A DNA stretch of 64,000 nucleotides from Muribaculaceae bacterium (GCA_022509185.1 JAFLTS010000014.1:973-64972), one strand, 5' to 3'; numbered from the stretch's first letter, positions 1 to 10,017 are shown. Numbers and translations: made by a program. Notes: generated from the letters alone by a model not told the origin.

Positions 1-45
1 GCATAATAAAGCAAAGAGGGCCAGAAAGGGAATAATTTTTCTCAT
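1..45 (-). CDS. 5' end of a secreted protein (signal peptide only; gene runs off the window)
   Basis: ATG at 45, 6 nt after the GH13 stop; reads MRKIIPFLALFALLC, a typical signal peptide. Confidence 0.6.
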   Translation of the reverse strand, partial: MRKIIPFLALFALLC

Positions 46-51
46 CGGAAT

Positions 52-1914
52 TTAATTTAAGGGTTCCAGTATTCGAGTCTCTCTTGGCTGAAAAATGAAA
101 ATATCGTTTTCAGGACGTAAAACCAGTGTTTCTCCAGAAATGACATCACGATATTGCTTTCCTATCGGAATAATTTCCTGATACCTCGTCATCTCTACTT
201 CATTTGGTGTATCCTTACCATTCATAATCACAATGAAAGAGTCGTCATTATTTTCACGTTGGTAAAGGTAGAGTCCATTTGTAGGCATAAAATGTTTGAA
301 CCTTCCATTTGCGGCTGCAGAATTAGTTTTTCTCCATTTATTTACACCTGCAATAAAATCGAAGGCTTCATTCTGGAGAGGAGTGCGACCTTGGCGTGAG
401 AAAACTGAAACTGAATCACTCGGGAAACCACCCGGCATATCTTTACGTATGTTTCCATCACCTCCTTGACGAGTTCCGCTCATGAGCAATTCAGTACCGT
501 AATAAATCTGTGGAATTCCAGGAGCCGTGAGCAACAAAGTGATAGCCTGTTTCCAGGAGCCTAAAGAATCAATATCTTCTTTTATCAGCCTGTCAGTGTC
601 ATGATTATCAAGGAAACGTAACACTTTATTAGGATCGGAATAGACAAAATCCAAGGCCAGATGGTCATAAATTTTATTTAGTCCATTCCAAGGATCCGTA
701 TCGGCCTTGAAAGGAGAGAGATTTTCAGAAAGGGTCATTAATGGGAAGTCCATAACCGTCTGGAGCTTAGTATCATAATCCTGAGCCACGGGAGATCCGG
801 ATTGCCATTTAGCAACTCCTGCTACATCGCCAAGCCAACATTCTCCAACAATATTGAAGTCAGGATATTCATTATTAACGGCGACAATCCATTCACCCAT
901 CCTGTCGGGATCTGCATAAGCATAAGTATCCATCCTAATACCGTCAATCTGAGAATCCTCGATCCACCAAATAGAATTCTGAATTAGGTATTTCATCAGA
1001 TGAGGATTATTCTGGTTAAGGTCAGGCATACCATAAACAAACCAACCGTCGGAGGTTAAGGCTTTGTCATATTCCGAGACATAAGGGTCGTTGATAGTAG
1101 AAAGTCTGTAGTTTGTTTGTTGATAATTATCCTGGAAATTAAGCCAGTTTGAAGCGGGAAGGTCTTCAATCCATGGATGAGCGATACCGGAATGGTTGAA
1201 AATCATATCCATAACGGTTTTAATACCTCTATCGTGAAGGGCTTCGATCAGGTTGGCATATTCTTCGTTAGAACCGAATCGAGGGTCAATTTTATAATAA
1301 TCGGTTGTTGCATATCCATGATAACTTCCCCCGGGCATATCGTTTTCCTGCACAGGATTGACCCAAACAGCTGTAATTGCGAGAGAATCAAGATAATCAA
1401 TATTATCAAGAATACCCTGAAGGTCGCCTCCATGCCTTATATTCGGATTATTTCTATCAACATCAGCCGGGAACTTCATTGAGGAGATAACATTGTTATC
1501 GGGATTTCCATCAGCAAATCTGTCAGGCATAATAAGATATAAAACATCAGCTGAAGTGAAACCTTGTGCGCCTTTCTGGGGTTTACGGGCTTTTAGTTCA
1601 TAGTTTCTTTCAATAGTTTCCTTGCCTTCTTTCCAAGTGAGCTTCAATTCTCCCGGTTTAGTGTCAGGAGCAATATTGAGATAAACAAACTGCCAGTTGT
1701 CAGATCCGTCAAGTCGAGCTACACTGTCAATAGTTACACCAGGGTAATCAACATTGAACTCGGCATTTTTGATATCTTTTCCATGAATCTGAAGTTGTAA
1801 GGTATGATCTTTCATTCCTGTCCACCAATAAGGAGGCTGAATGTTTTGAACCTCGAAAGAAAAAGCGAGATTGCAAGATAAAAGGCCGATCAAACCAAAA
1901 ATAAATTTTTTCAT
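52..1914 (-). CDS. susA: GH13 neopullulanase/cyclomaltodextrinase (SusA-like), secreted
   Basis: Signal peptide; N-terminal PPYWWTGMK domain; GH13 motifs YHGYA, DGIRMD, GECW, DNHD. Confidence 0.85.
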   Translation of the reverse strand: MKKFIFGLIGLLSCNLAFSFEVQNIQPPYWWTGMKDHTLQLQIHGKDIKNAEFNVDYPGVTIDSVARLDGSDNWQFVYLNIAPDTKPGELKLTWKEGKETIERNYELKARKPQKGAQGFTSADVLYLIMPDRFADGNPDNNVISSMKFPADVDRNNPNIRHGGDLQGILDNIDYLDSLAITAVWVNPVQENDMPGGSYHGYATTDYYKIDPRFGSNEEYANLIEALHDRGIKTVMDMIFNHSGIAHPWIEDLPASNWLNFQDNYQQTNYRLSTINDPYVSEYDKALTSDGWFVYGMPDLNQNNPHLMKYLIQNSIWWIEDSQIDGIRMDTYAYADPDRMGEWIVAVNNEYPDFNIVGECWLGDVAGVAKWQSGSPVAQDYDTKLQTVMDFPLMTLSENLSPFKADTDPWNGLNKIYDHLALDFVYSDPNKVLRFLDNHDTDRLIKEDIDSLGSWKQAITLLLTAPGIPQIYYGTELLMSGTRQGGDGNIRKDMPGGFPSDSVSVFSRQGRTPLQNEAFDFIAGVNKWRKTNSAAANGRFKHFMPTNGLYLYQRENNDDSFIVIMNGKDTPNEVEMTRYQEIIPIGKQYRDVISGETLVLRPENDIFIFQPRETRILEPLN

Positions 1915-1945
1915 AAAAGGAATTTTTAAGGAATATCAGAAAAGC

Positions 1946-3235
1946 TTAAAATCTCAGACCCACATAGGCCGAAAAATTTTCGATAGAACTGAAAAGCGAA
2001 TAATTACCTTGTTTGTAAAGATGACCATTCATTTTACCGAAAACTCCGAAGAAATAGTTACCGAGATTATATGTTAAAGACAAACGTGCCTGGATATTAA
2101 GGGAAAGAAGGTATTTATTTCCCTCAATTGAATCTTCATAATAATGGCTGAAGCCTATAGAAGGCATTACAGTGGCATTAAATAGGAATTTAGGAGCAAT
2201 AACCCAATTGTAGCCGTAACCGAAAAGCACAGCATAAGAATTATAATGGAAATAATAATCAGTAATTTCCGAATTTGGCAACAGAGGTTTCAGATTATCG
2301 GGCAATTTGCTGAAGTCGAATCTGAGTTTCTGATTAGTAATGGAAAGACCCAGAAGGAAAGAGCCTTGGCTTTTAAGCTGATATTTAGCAAAGTTGTAGG
2401 CAGCTCCTTGAGAGTATTTTTTATTGTTAAAGAAATAGTAAGCGTCAAACCCCAAAGTGTATAGACTTACTCCCGGGAAATATTCTTTTATAAATTTACC
2501 ATCTTTATAATCTCCGAACCTGCGGATATTCACTCCTCCCCGGTTTTCATGATAGTAAAGTTCGGCATTAAACAAAGCACAGATAAAACCGAATTCATAT
2601 TTTTTATGGCTTGGTTCCTTCTTTTTAAAGAGCTTTTCAATATCGTAAGAAGAGCCGATGCTGACAGCCATATATTGAATATAAGCTCCCAGATTTGCAT
2701 AGACATCACTATTCATGGTAGTGTTTATTCCGGGAGGAAGTTTTAGTGCATAACTATCGAGCCAATTATCGCTAACTAACCTGACTTTCCAACGTTTACC
2801 GGTTCCAATAACATATTCAGGATCATAAGAATTGAAGGTATGGTCAGCCCAATTATACACATTAACACAAAACTGGAGGAATTTAGGCCAGACCACAGTG
2901 GTATCGTTCATAGCGAGAGTGCCATGTTTAAGACGATTCCACCACCAATTTTGTTCCCGGGAATACACTAATGGTTCTATTTTAGCATCCTCCGGGGGTA
3001 GAGGTGCCTTAGTATAAGGACCTTCAATTTTAATATCACCAAGTAATTTTTCGCCGAAGTGTTCTATATCTCCTATTATATCAGCGGCTTCGTCTCCTTG
3101 TTTAATTGATTCATCATTGAGATGAGTTTCAATCAATTCATCTCTTTGTTTATCGGTTTCATCTGCCCACGCACGACTATATCCCGTGATTATCAGGACA
3201 AAAAGCAGACAAAATAAATACGAACGCATCTTCAT
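1946..3235 (-). CDS. DUF4421-like outer-membrane beta-barrel protein
   Basis: Signal peptide, aromatic beta-strand pattern, YSQGAAYNF..YQLKSQGS segment, C-terminal GLRF; ATG at 3235. Confidence 0.65.
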   Translation of the reverse strand: MKMRSYLFCLLFVLIITGYSRAWADETDKQRDELIETHLNDESIKQGDEAADIIGDIEHFGEKLLGDIKIEGPYTKAPLPPEDAKIEPLVYSREQNWWWNRLKHGTLAMNDTTVVWPKFLQFCVNVYNWADHTFNSYDPEYVIGTGKRWKVRLVSDNWLDSYALKLPPGINTTMNSDVYANLGAYIQYMAVSIGSSYDIEKLFKKKEPSHKKYEFGFICALFNAELYYHENRGGVNIRRFGDYKDGKFIKEYFPGVSLYTLGFDAYYFFNNKKYSQGAAYNFAKYQLKSQGSFLLGLSITNQKLRFDFSKLPDNLKPLLPNSEITDYYFHYNSYAVLFGYGYNWVIAPKFLFNATVMPSIGFSHYYEDSIEGNKYLLSLNIQARLSLTYNLGNYFFGVFGKMNGHLYKQGNYSLFSSIENFSAYVGLRF

Positions 3236-3242
3236 CAAGATG

Positions 3243-3250
3243 CAAAATTA
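3243..3250 (-). promoter_or_regulatory. Bacteroidetes housekeeping -7 element TAATTTTG
   Basis: CAAAATTA on + strand just upstream of the DUF4421-like start. Confidence 0.5.
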
Positions 3251-3266
3251 CACAATTCTATTGAAA

Positions 3267-3473
3267 TTACTTTCTATGGAAAAGCAAATCGGCAGCTTCC
3301 TGATATTGTTTGTCATCAACGTAAAGGTCGATAGAGCCGTTTCCACTGCCCGGTGCCGGGAAAATATCCGACATGGCATTAGAGATAACTTCACATTCTA
3401 TTCCGTTGCTTTCAAGATAGCCTTTATCAATGTATGCTTCAGCTTCGTTTGAATATTGATTAAGTAGACGCAT
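3267..3473 (-). CDS. DUF2007 family small protein
   Basis: EAYIDKGYLESNGIEC...IDLYVDDKQYQEA pattern, 68 aa. Confidence 0.75.
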   Translation of the reverse strand: MRLLNQYSNEAEAYIDKGYLESNGIECEVISNAMSDIFPAPGSGNGSIDLYVDDKQYQEAADLLFHRK

Positions 3474-3491
3474 TGGTTTTAGTGTTTTTGG

Positions 3492-4571
3492 TTAGAGGAT
3501 ATTAATACGGTTTAAAGCTTTTTGGTATTTTCGTGCGTTCTGCATGTGGGTATTGTAGTCTTTGGCAAAATTATGATATCCTGAGAAATCATCTTTGGCA
3601 CACATATACAGATAATCATGTTGGGGAGCGTCAAGCACTGCATCAATGTCAGCAACGGTTACGGTTCTGATAGGACCCGGAGGCAATCCTTCCACTTTAT
3701 AAGTATTGTAAGGGGAATCTACATTAAGATGTTCTCCCCTGATTCTTTTAAGAGAAAAATCATTGAGAGCGAATTTCACTGTAGGATCAGCCTGGAGTTT
3801 CATTCCTTTCTTTAACCGATTCAGGTATAAGCGAGCTACCTGAGGTTTTTCATCACTCTTATTAGTCTCTTCATCCACAATAGAAGCCAAAGTGACCACT
3901 TCGGCCGGAGTAAGACCCAATTCTTTTGCTTTCTCCAATCTTTGTGGGTTCCATATTTTTATATAGTTTTCTCCGATTTTATTAACTATAGTTTTAGGAG
4001 AGGCATTCCAATAAAATTGGTAAGAATCGTCGAAGAAAAGAGCAGAGACTTGTTGAGGTGTAAATCCATACTGATCCAGCACTTCATCAGAAGCCAGATA
4101 AGTTTTAAGTGAGTCAGGATTCATCTCAAGATTTTTTGTTACTTTTTGAGTCAGAGCATCGATACCTCTTGCATTGTTTACCACCACAACCATAGGTTGT
4201 TGAACCCCTCTTCTCAGATGACGTTCAGCAAGATAAGGAGACATACCGCTGTCAATTCTGAAAGCTCCATTACGTTTGCTTAAATCTGCGCCCCTCAGAT
4301 TAGAAATCATAATAACCTTATCAGCGAATTTATCGCCGTAATATTTTGCCAAAGAATCTTTTACCATTTCAGAAGTGGCATTGGCAGGGATTTTGATAAC
4401 GACGCTGGAATCGGTCTTGTTTGCGAATGCCGGGAGGAAAATATATAAAAGGATAATACCACCAAGAATTACTGCAATAACGATAGCAGTAATCCACCAT
4501 TTTCTGAGAAGAATGGCGCCTACATCCACAGTAGACGAGGCGCCATTTTTTTTATTTTTGGAGCGTGCCAT
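3492..4571 (-). CDS. mltG: Endolytic peptidoglycan transglycosylase MltG
   Basis: N-terminal TM anchor; LASIVDEE, LQADPT, SPYNTY, GLPPGPI motifs. Confidence 0.93.
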   Translation of the reverse strand: MARSKNKKNGASSTVDVGAILLRKWWITAIVIAVILGGIILLYIFLPAFANKTDSSVVIKIPANATSEMVKDSLAKYYGDKFADKVIMISNLRGADLSKRNGAFRIDSGMSPYLAERHLRRGVQQPMVVVVNNARGIDALTQKVTKNLEMNPDSLKTYLASDEVLDQYGFTPQQVSALFFDDSYQFYWNASPKTIVNKIGENYIKIWNPQRLEKAKELGLTPAEVVTLASIVDEETNKSDEKPQVARLYLNRLKKGMKLQADPTVKFALNDFSLKRIRGEHLNVDSPYNTYKVEGLPPGPIRTVTVADIDAVLDAPQHDYLYMCAKDDFSGYHNFAKDYNTHMQNARKYQKALNRINIL

Positions 4572-4864
4572 TATTTTTTATCCTTGATTTTTTCAAGCTG
4601 AGGTTTCAGGGCATCAACAGCAAGGTCGAAAGCTTCTTCGAAAGTATCCGCTGTTTTAGAAGCAAATAATTCACTTTGACCCGGTATTGTAAGTTTCACA
4701 GCAGCTTCCTTATTTTTAACGGTTTCGGGTTTCACCAAAGTAAGGACGACATCAACTTTAGAAACTGATTCATTACGGCGAGAAATTTTTTCAATTTTTT
4801 TATTGAGGAAATCCACGAGTTTTTCGGAGATGTCGAAATGAACGGCTTTGATGTTAGTTTCCAT
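4571..4864 (-). CDS. hpf: Ribosome hibernation factor HPF/RaiA
   Basis: IKAVHFDISEKL...LFASKTADTFEEAFD; conserved rpsU-xerC-hpf order. Confidence 0.9.
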   Translation of the reverse strand: METNIKAVHFDISEKLVDFLNKKIEKISRRNESVSKVDVVLTLVKPETVKNKEAAVKLTIPGQSELFASKTADTFEEAFDLAVDALKPQLEKIKDKK

Positions 4865-4935
4865 AATCTATAAATTTAGGTTATTGAATTTCGATAGTAT
4901 TAAAGATAAACATTCTCATTAATACTTTGCTAATA

Positions 4936-4963
4936 TAACAATAAAATTTGATAAAAAGTTAAG
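4936..4963 (-). promoter_or_regulatory. Putative alternative-sigma promoter CTTAAC-N16-TTGTTA upstream of hpf
   Basis: Same spacing and identical downstream hexamer as the ahpC/frc/tpx motif. Confidence 0.5.
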
Positions 4964-5033
4964 GAGCTTAGGACAAACGAGATAAAAAAGACTACAGAAA
5001 ATTGAAAAAATCTTTAATAAACAAGGATAAAAA

Positions 5034-5954
5034 TCAGGATCCTTCACCCGGCTCTTTTTTTACAGAAGCTCTAGGATGGGCTAAGGAATAAGCTTTTTTT
5101 ATTTCATTCAAGGATATATGGGTATAGATCTGAGTAGTAGCTATTGAAGAGTGTCCGAGGAATTCGCGAACGGAATCGAGTTCCGCACCCCCGTTCAACA
5201 TGCCTGAAGCAAAAGAATGTCGGAGAGCATGCGGACTTTTCTTACGTGCAGAAGATTCAGCTAAAGCTTTTTTGACCAATCTATATACCTGTTCCGGAGA
5301 AATTCTTTTGCCCTTAATAATAAAGAGAGGGTTTTCATCGATCGGTTTTATCAGATTTTGGTCGCGAAAAGTCTGCCATTTGCTAATTTTATTTAAAAGG
5401 GACTGAGGTACAGGTATAATTCTTTGTTTCGACCTTTTGCCTAAAACTTTAACTTCTCCTTTAAAAAAAGATATGTCTTCGTCATTAATTCCGACAAGTT
5501 CTGCTCTACGGATGCCGAGCGTATACAACATTTCAATTATAAGAGGCATCAAATAATTTTGAGGAGCCTTAGGGTCTTCGGATTCCCTTAATTTATTAAT
5601 AGCTTCTTCAATCTCATTATTTTTAATGAGATCGGGAAGGGGTTTGGGTATTTTTGGGAGAGGTACATTTGTCAACGGAGATTTTTTTAAAATTCCGGTT
5701 TTCATCATCCATTTAAAAAGAGATCTAAGGCTAATTATTTTACGTCTCAAAGTAACAGGGGCTTCTCCCTCTTTTGCCAAAGAAGCGAGCCAAGTCCTAA
5801 CGTCGGCAGCAGTAATCAGCGTAAAATCAATTTTATCGGATGCATCAGGAGCTAACCAGTTGCAAAATTGAAAAATATCTCTTTTATAAGCATTCACAGT
5901 GAGGGGAGCCCGGTTCAGCTCGAAAGTGAGATAATCGAAATATTTTTGCAACAT
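5034..5954 (-). CDS. xerC: Tyrosine recombinase XerC-like
   Basis: GIRRAE (R), GKRSK (K), HALRH, LGH, TTQIY catalytic residues; between rpsU and hpf. Confidence 0.85.
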   Translation of the reverse strand: MLQKYFDYLTFELNRAPLTVNAYKRDIFQFCNWLAPDASDKIDFTLITAADVRTWLASLAKEGEAPVTLRRKIISLRSLFKWMMKTGILKKSPLTNVPLPKIPKPLPDLIKNNEIEEAINKLRESEDPKAPQNYLMPLIIEMLYTLGIRRAELVGINDEDISFFKGEVKVLGKRSKQRIIPVPQSLLNKISKWQTFRDQNLIKPIDENPLFIIKGKRISPEQVYRLVKKALAESSARKKSPHALRHSFASGMLNGGAELDSVREFLGHSSIATTQIYTHISLNEIKKAYSLAHPRASVKKEPGEGS

Positions 5955-5960
5955 AATAAT

Positions 5961-5995
5961 AAAGAAAGACCGAGTCTGAATAAAGACCCGGTCTT
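5961..5995 (-). terminator. Intrinsic terminator after rpsU
   Basis: AAGACCGAGTCT/AGACCCGGTCTT stem followed by T-rich tract on - strand. Confidence 0.7.
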
Positions 5996-6049
5996 ATATT
6001 AACATATATAAATTATCTAAATGATTATGTATGAAAGAATCAGGCCAGA

Positions 6050-6241
6050 TTATTGTTCAGCCTGTCTAAGCTGCTGCACATAAGCGGCTTTGATCATTTT
6101 CTTACGGTTAGTAACAGAAGGTTTTTCAAAAGCCTGACGTTTACGGAGTTCTTTAACGATTCCTGTTCTTTCAAATTTACGTTTGAATTTCTTGAGAGCC
6201 TTTTCAATGTTTTCGCCCTCTTTAACTTGTACGATAATCAT
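6050..6241 (-). CDS. rpsU: 30S ribosomal protein bS21
   Basis: MIIVQVKEGENIEKALKKFKRKF...FEKPSV; Tyr54 present. Confidence 0.97.
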   Translation of the reverse strand: MIIVQVKEGENIEKALKKFKRKFERTGIVKELRKRQAFEKPSVTNRKKMIKAAYVQQLRQAEQ

Positions 6242-6287
6242 TTGTTATTTTTTTCTTGTTTATTTTATGGTTTCTAAAATTGTGGTG

Positions 6288-6318
6288 CAAAGTTAATAAA
6301 TAAAGTTTAAAGTTCAAA
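6288..6318 (-). promoter_or_regulatory. rpsU promoter TTTG-N19-TAACTTTG
   Basis: CAAAGTTA at 6288-6295 and CAAA at 6315-6318 match the Bacteroides -7/-33 consensus. Confidence 0.7.
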
Positions 6319-6349
6319 GATTAAAGTTTAAAGATCAGAAATCAAAAAT
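6301..6349. repeat. Degenerate 7-bp tandem repeat (7 units)
   Basis: taaagtt taaagtt caaagat taaagtt taaagat cagaaat caaaaat. Confidence 0.75.
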
Positions 6350-6564
6350 CAATGTGCTCCAAAAGTATAAGTTATCACCTCCCATTTAAGGTATTTAAGT
6401 GTGGGTAAAGTATTTAGGAGACTTATTTCTATCCACGAGTTCTAAACAATTAAAATCTGATCAGTTTTACCTCAAAACAATAAGGTTCCATAGTATAAAT
6501 TTTCTTTCATAAACAAATATTTGAAAGCTAATATAATAAGAATTAAGTTTTTACTGTAGGAGTG

Positions 6565-6592
6565 GTAAACATTTTTATTTTCACGGTTGTTA
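6565..6592 (+). promoter_or_regulatory. Putative alternative-sigma promoter GTAAAC-N16-TTGTTA upstream of ahpC
   Basis: Identical bipartite motif upstream of frc and tpx. Confidence 0.65.
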
Positions 6593-6631
6593 ATAATATA
6601 GTAAAAATTAAAACAAAAAATCAAAGAAAAA

Positions 6632-7216
6632 ATGGAAGAAAATAAAACTGTTACTCCGGTAATAAATGCAAAAGTTCCGGAATTTAGAGTACAAGCTTAT
6701 CATAATGGTGAGTTTAAGGAAGTGACCAACAAGGATATAGAAGGCAAATGGGCAATATTCTTCTTTTATCCGGCAGACTTTACTTTTGTTTGTCCCACTG
6801 AATTGGAAGACTTACAAGACAAATATGCCAAACTGAAAGATATGGGCGTTGAAGTATATTCAGTCAGCACAGACTCTCATTTCGTTCATAAGGCATGGCA
6901 TGACACTTCTGAAAGAATCAAGAAGATTGAATATCCGATGCTTGCTGATCCTACAGGACTTCTGGCACGTGCTTTTGGTGTTATGATTGAAGAAGACGGA
7001 ATGGCATATAGAGGTACATTCGTAGTAAATCCTGAAGGCTATGTGAAGATTGTTGAAATCAATGACAATAACATCGGAAGAAATGCCGACGAATTGGTTA
7101 GAAAGGTAGAGGCAGCTCAATTTGTAGCCGCACATCCCGGTGATGTATGTCCAGCAAAATGGAAAAAGGGAGCAGAAACCCTGAAACCGAGTATTGACCT
7201 TGTGGGTAAACTTTAA
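6632..7216 (+). CDS. ahpC: Alkyl hydroperoxide reductase subunit C
   Basis: FYPADFTFVCPTE and VCPAKW 2-Cys peroxiredoxin motifs. Confidence 0.97.
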   Translation: MEENKTVTPVINAKVPEFRVQAYHNGEFKEVTNKDIEGKWAIFFFYPADFTFVCPTELEDLQDKYAKLKDMGVEVYSVSTDSHFVHKAWHDTSERIKKIEYPMLADPTGLLARAFGVMIEEDGMAYRGTFVVNPEGYVKIVEINDNNIGRNADELVRKVEAAQFVAAHPGDVCPAKWKKGAETLKPSIDLVGKL

Positions 7217-7235
7217 GATAAGACATTATAAACCG

Positions 7236-7266
7236 AAGACGCTGCCCTATCAAGGACAGCGTTTTT
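7236..7266 (+). terminator. Terminator-like hairpin between ahpC and ahpF
   Basis: AAGACGCTGCCCT/AGGACAGCGTTTT stem plus T run. Confidence 0.6.
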
Positions 7267-7280
7267 AAATATACAAAGAA

Positions 7281-8837
7281 ATGGAATTAGATGAGAATAT
7301 AATAGCACAAGTGAAACAAATTTTCTCAAATCTGAAACATAATTATAAATTTAAAGTTTCATGCAATAGTGCTACAGATATAGGCAAACAGATGGTGGAA
7401 TTTTTTACTGAATTTTCCACTGCTTCAGAAAGGCTAAGTATTGAAGTTGAAGATATAAACAGTGAAAAAGCTGAGACAGCTTTAATAAAGGCCGGGGTTC
7501 CAACAGGTATAATCTTCAGAATGATACCGGGAGGACATGAATTTACTTCCTTACTTCTTGCCATCATGAATGCTGACGGTGAAGGAAAGACATTGCCGGA
7601 TGAAGCGACAATATCCAGGATAAAACGTCTAAAAGGTGAAATCACATTTAATACATATGCCACCTTAGAGTGTACTAATTGTCCGGATGTGATACAGGCC
7701 TTAAACCAAATGGCACTTTATAACGATAACATAGCTTCCGTAGCTATAGACGGCAATTTGGCTGTAGCAGAGGCGGAAGCTTTAGGGGTGAAATCAGTTC
7801 CTACAGTATTTGCAAACGGAGAATTAGTATGGATAGGAAAGGGATCTCTAGGTGAAATCCTTGATAAGCTTGAAGAAAAATTCGGAAGCGAGGAAGAAAT
7901 TACACCACAAGAGGTTAAAAAATTAGATCTTATAGTAATAGGAGGGGGACCAGCCGGAGCAGCAGCAGCCATTTATTCTGCGAGAAAGGGTATAAAAGTT
8001 GGTGTTATAGCTCAAAGGGTCGGAGGCCAAGTGAAAGAAACTACCGGAATTGAAAATGTAATCTCCGTGATACATACCACAGGTGAACAACTTGCAAATG
8101 ATCTTAAAAGCCATATGCAGGATTATCCGATAGAAATCTACGAATCACGAACCATAGAGTATGTAGAATTAAAAGAAAAAGAAAAGACAATAAAAGTTAA
8201 GGGTGGGGAAGTATTTTCGGCTCCCCAGGTTATCATTGCAACGGGGGCAAGATGGAGACGCATGAATGTTCCCGGAGAGTCAGATTATATAGGCCACGGC
8301 ATAGGTTTCTGCGTGCATTGTGACGGACCTTTCTTTAAGGACAAAGATGTAGCTGTGATAGGTGGAGGGAACTCAGGTATAGAGGCGGCCATTGATTTGG
8401 CACAAGTATGTCGTCATGTGGATGTATTTGAATTTTTAGATACTTTAAAAGCTGATACGGTTCTTCAAGAAAAGGCGAAATCTTTACCGAATATTAATAT
8501 TCATCTGTCTCAACAAGTAATGGAAGTGACGGGAAATGGAAAGACCCTTGACGGACTTGTCGTAAAAGACAGGATAACAGGTGAAGAGAAACATTACAAA
8601 GAAGATGGTGTTTTCGTTCAAATCGGATTACAACCCAACAGTGAAGTATTTATACCACAGGTTGGATCCAATAATCGTGGTGAGCTCAAGGTTGATGCTT
8701 TTTGCCGGACAGATATTCCATGCGTATATGCAGCGGGAGATGTGAGTTCCGTACCTTATAAACAGATTATCATAGCGATGGGCGAGGGAGCCAAGGCAGC
8801 TCTTTCAGCATTCGATGACAGAATACGTCTTTTGTAG
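7281..8837 (+). CDS. ahpF: Alkyl hydroperoxide reductase subunit F
   Basis: GHEFTSL, CTNC, GGGPAG, CVHCDGP, GGGNSG motifs. Confidence 0.96.
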   Translation: MELDENIIAQVKQIFSNLKHNYKFKVSCNSATDIGKQMVEFFTEFSTASERLSIEVEDINSEKAETALIKAGVPTGIIFRMIPGGHEFTSLLLAIMNADGEGKTLPDEATISRIKRLKGEITFNTYATLECTNCPDVIQALNQMALYNDNIASVAIDGNLAVAEAEALGVKSVPTVFANGELVWIGKGSLGEILDKLEEKFGSEEEITPQEVKKLDLIVIGGGPAGAAAAIYSARKGIKVGVIAQRVGGQVKETTGIENVISVIHTTGEQLANDLKSHMQDYPIEIYESRTIEYVELKEKEKTIKVKGGEVFSAPQVIIATGARWRRMNVPGESDYIGHGIGFCVHCDGPFFKDKDVAVIGGGNSGIEAAIDLAQVCRHVDVFEFLDTLKADTVLQEKAKSLPNINIHLSQQVMEVTGNGKTLDGLVVKDRITGEEKHYKEDGVFVQIGLQPNSEVFIPQVGSNNRGELKVDAFCRTDIPCVYAAGDVSSVPYKQIIIAMGEGAKAALSAFDDRIRLL

Positions 8838-8857
8838 ATCTGGTAATCTTTTAAATT

Positions 8858-8897
8858 AAAAAAGATATCCCGGAAAACTATACGGGATATTTTTTTT
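8858..8897. terminator. Bidirectional terminator between ahpF and the aminotransferase
   Basis: A-tract ATATCCCG/CGGGATAT T-tract. Confidence 0.8.
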
Positions 8898-8904
8898 AGT
8901 TATG

Positions 8905-10005
8905 TTATTTAAATTTATTTATAGATTCGATTACTTTATTGACTTCCTCATCCGTAATGACCGGTGATATCGGGAGTGACAGTTCACGGTTATGAATAGA
9001 CTCAGTTATAGGAAAAGAAAGAGAATTCCATTGCGAATAGCATTTTTGTTTGTGAGGAGGAAGAGGATAGTGGATTAAAGTTTCTATATCATGTCTTTTT
9101 AAATATTCCTGCAGTTCATTTCTTTTGTCAGAGAAAATGGGGAATAAATGAAAGACATTATCTTCATTAACCGAAGTAGCCGGCAGAGAGATTAAAGGAT
9201 TATCAATACTTGCGCGATATTTTTTTGCAACTTCCCTACGTCTTTGATTATCGGAGTCGATAAGTTTCAATTTTATATTAAGTATAGCTGCCTGCAATTC
9301 ATCGATTCGAGAATTTAGACCTTTAAAATCAAAAATATATTTCTTTTCAGACCCATAGTTTCCCAATGCCCGAACCGTTTCAGCCAGAATTTTATCATCT
9401 GTAGTAACGGCACCTGCATCGCCTAATGCCCCAAGATTTTTACCGGGATAAAAGCTATGTCCTGCCGCATTTCCCAATGATCCTGTTCTTTTACCCTTAT
9501 ATATGGCACCATGGGCCTGAGCGTTATCTTCTATAAGTTTAAGATTATGGTGTTTACAAATTTCTGAGATTTTATCAGTATAAGCGTTTTGTCCATAAAG
9601 ATGTACAATCATTATGGCTTTAGTGGATTGGGTTATATTTTTATCAATTAGGTTTTCATCAATTTGAAGAGTTTTTGGATCAGGTTCCACTAATACAGGT
9701 TTGAGGCCGGCTCTTGTAATAGCGAGAATAGATGCTATGTAGGTATTTGCCGGAACAATGACTTCATCCCCCGGCTTCATAACTCCCATTTCAATGTAAG
9801 CCATCAAAATTAATGTGAGTGCATCCAATCCGTTTCCAACACCGACAGCATATCTTGTACCTATAAAATCAGCATAAGCTTTTTCAAAATCTGCGGTTTC
9901 CTTTCCCTTCAGATACCAACCGGAATTTAATACCCTATTTATAGACTCTGCGAACTCTTGAGAATTTCGGGCATTAATTTTCTCAAGCTCCAAAAATTTA
10001 ACCAT
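8905..10005 (-). CDS. fdtB: DegT/DnrJ/EryC1/StrS sugar aminotransferase (FdtB-like)
   Basis: [17 protein letters not shown] (PLP Lys), [10 protein letters not shown]. Confidence 0.8.
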   Translation of the reverse strand: MVKFLELEKINARNSQEFAESINRVLNSGWYLKGKETADFEKAYADFIGTRYAVGVGNGLDALTLILMAYIEMGVMKPGDEVIVPANTYIASILAITRAGLKPVLVEPDPKTLQIDENLIDKNITQSTKAIMIVHLYGQNAYTDKISEICKHHNLKLIEDNAQAHGAIYKGKRTGSLGNAAGHSFYPGKNLGALGDAGAVTTDDKILAETVRALGNYGSEKKYIFDFKGLNSRIDELQAAILNIKLKLIDSDNQRRREVAKKYRASIDNPLISLPATSVNEDNVFHLFPIFSDKRNELQEYLKRHDIETLIHYPLPPHKQKCYSQWNSLSFPITESIHNRELSLPISPVITDEEVNKVIESINKFK

Positions 10006-10017
10006 TATAATAAAATA

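Noticed and set aside
5034-5954. Tyrosine recombinase as a prophage or ICE integrase
   Set aside because: About 300 aa Xer-type protein in the conserved rpsU-xerC-hpf context, with no att sites or cargo
5996-6024. dif-like sequence (ATAA-TTTATA-TATGTTAA) upstream of xerC
   Set aside because: Right arm is one base out of register with TTATGTTAAAT and the region is very AT-rich; likely chance
6242-6270. Shine-Dalgarno-based autoregulation of rpsU
   Set aside because: The leader is A-rich with no SD-like sequence
6301-6349. CRISPR array
   Set aside because: 7-bp tandem units with no spacers and no cas genes
6440-6560. OxyR box upstream of ahpC
   Set aside because: No convincing ATAG-N7-CTAT repeat pattern could be identified by eye
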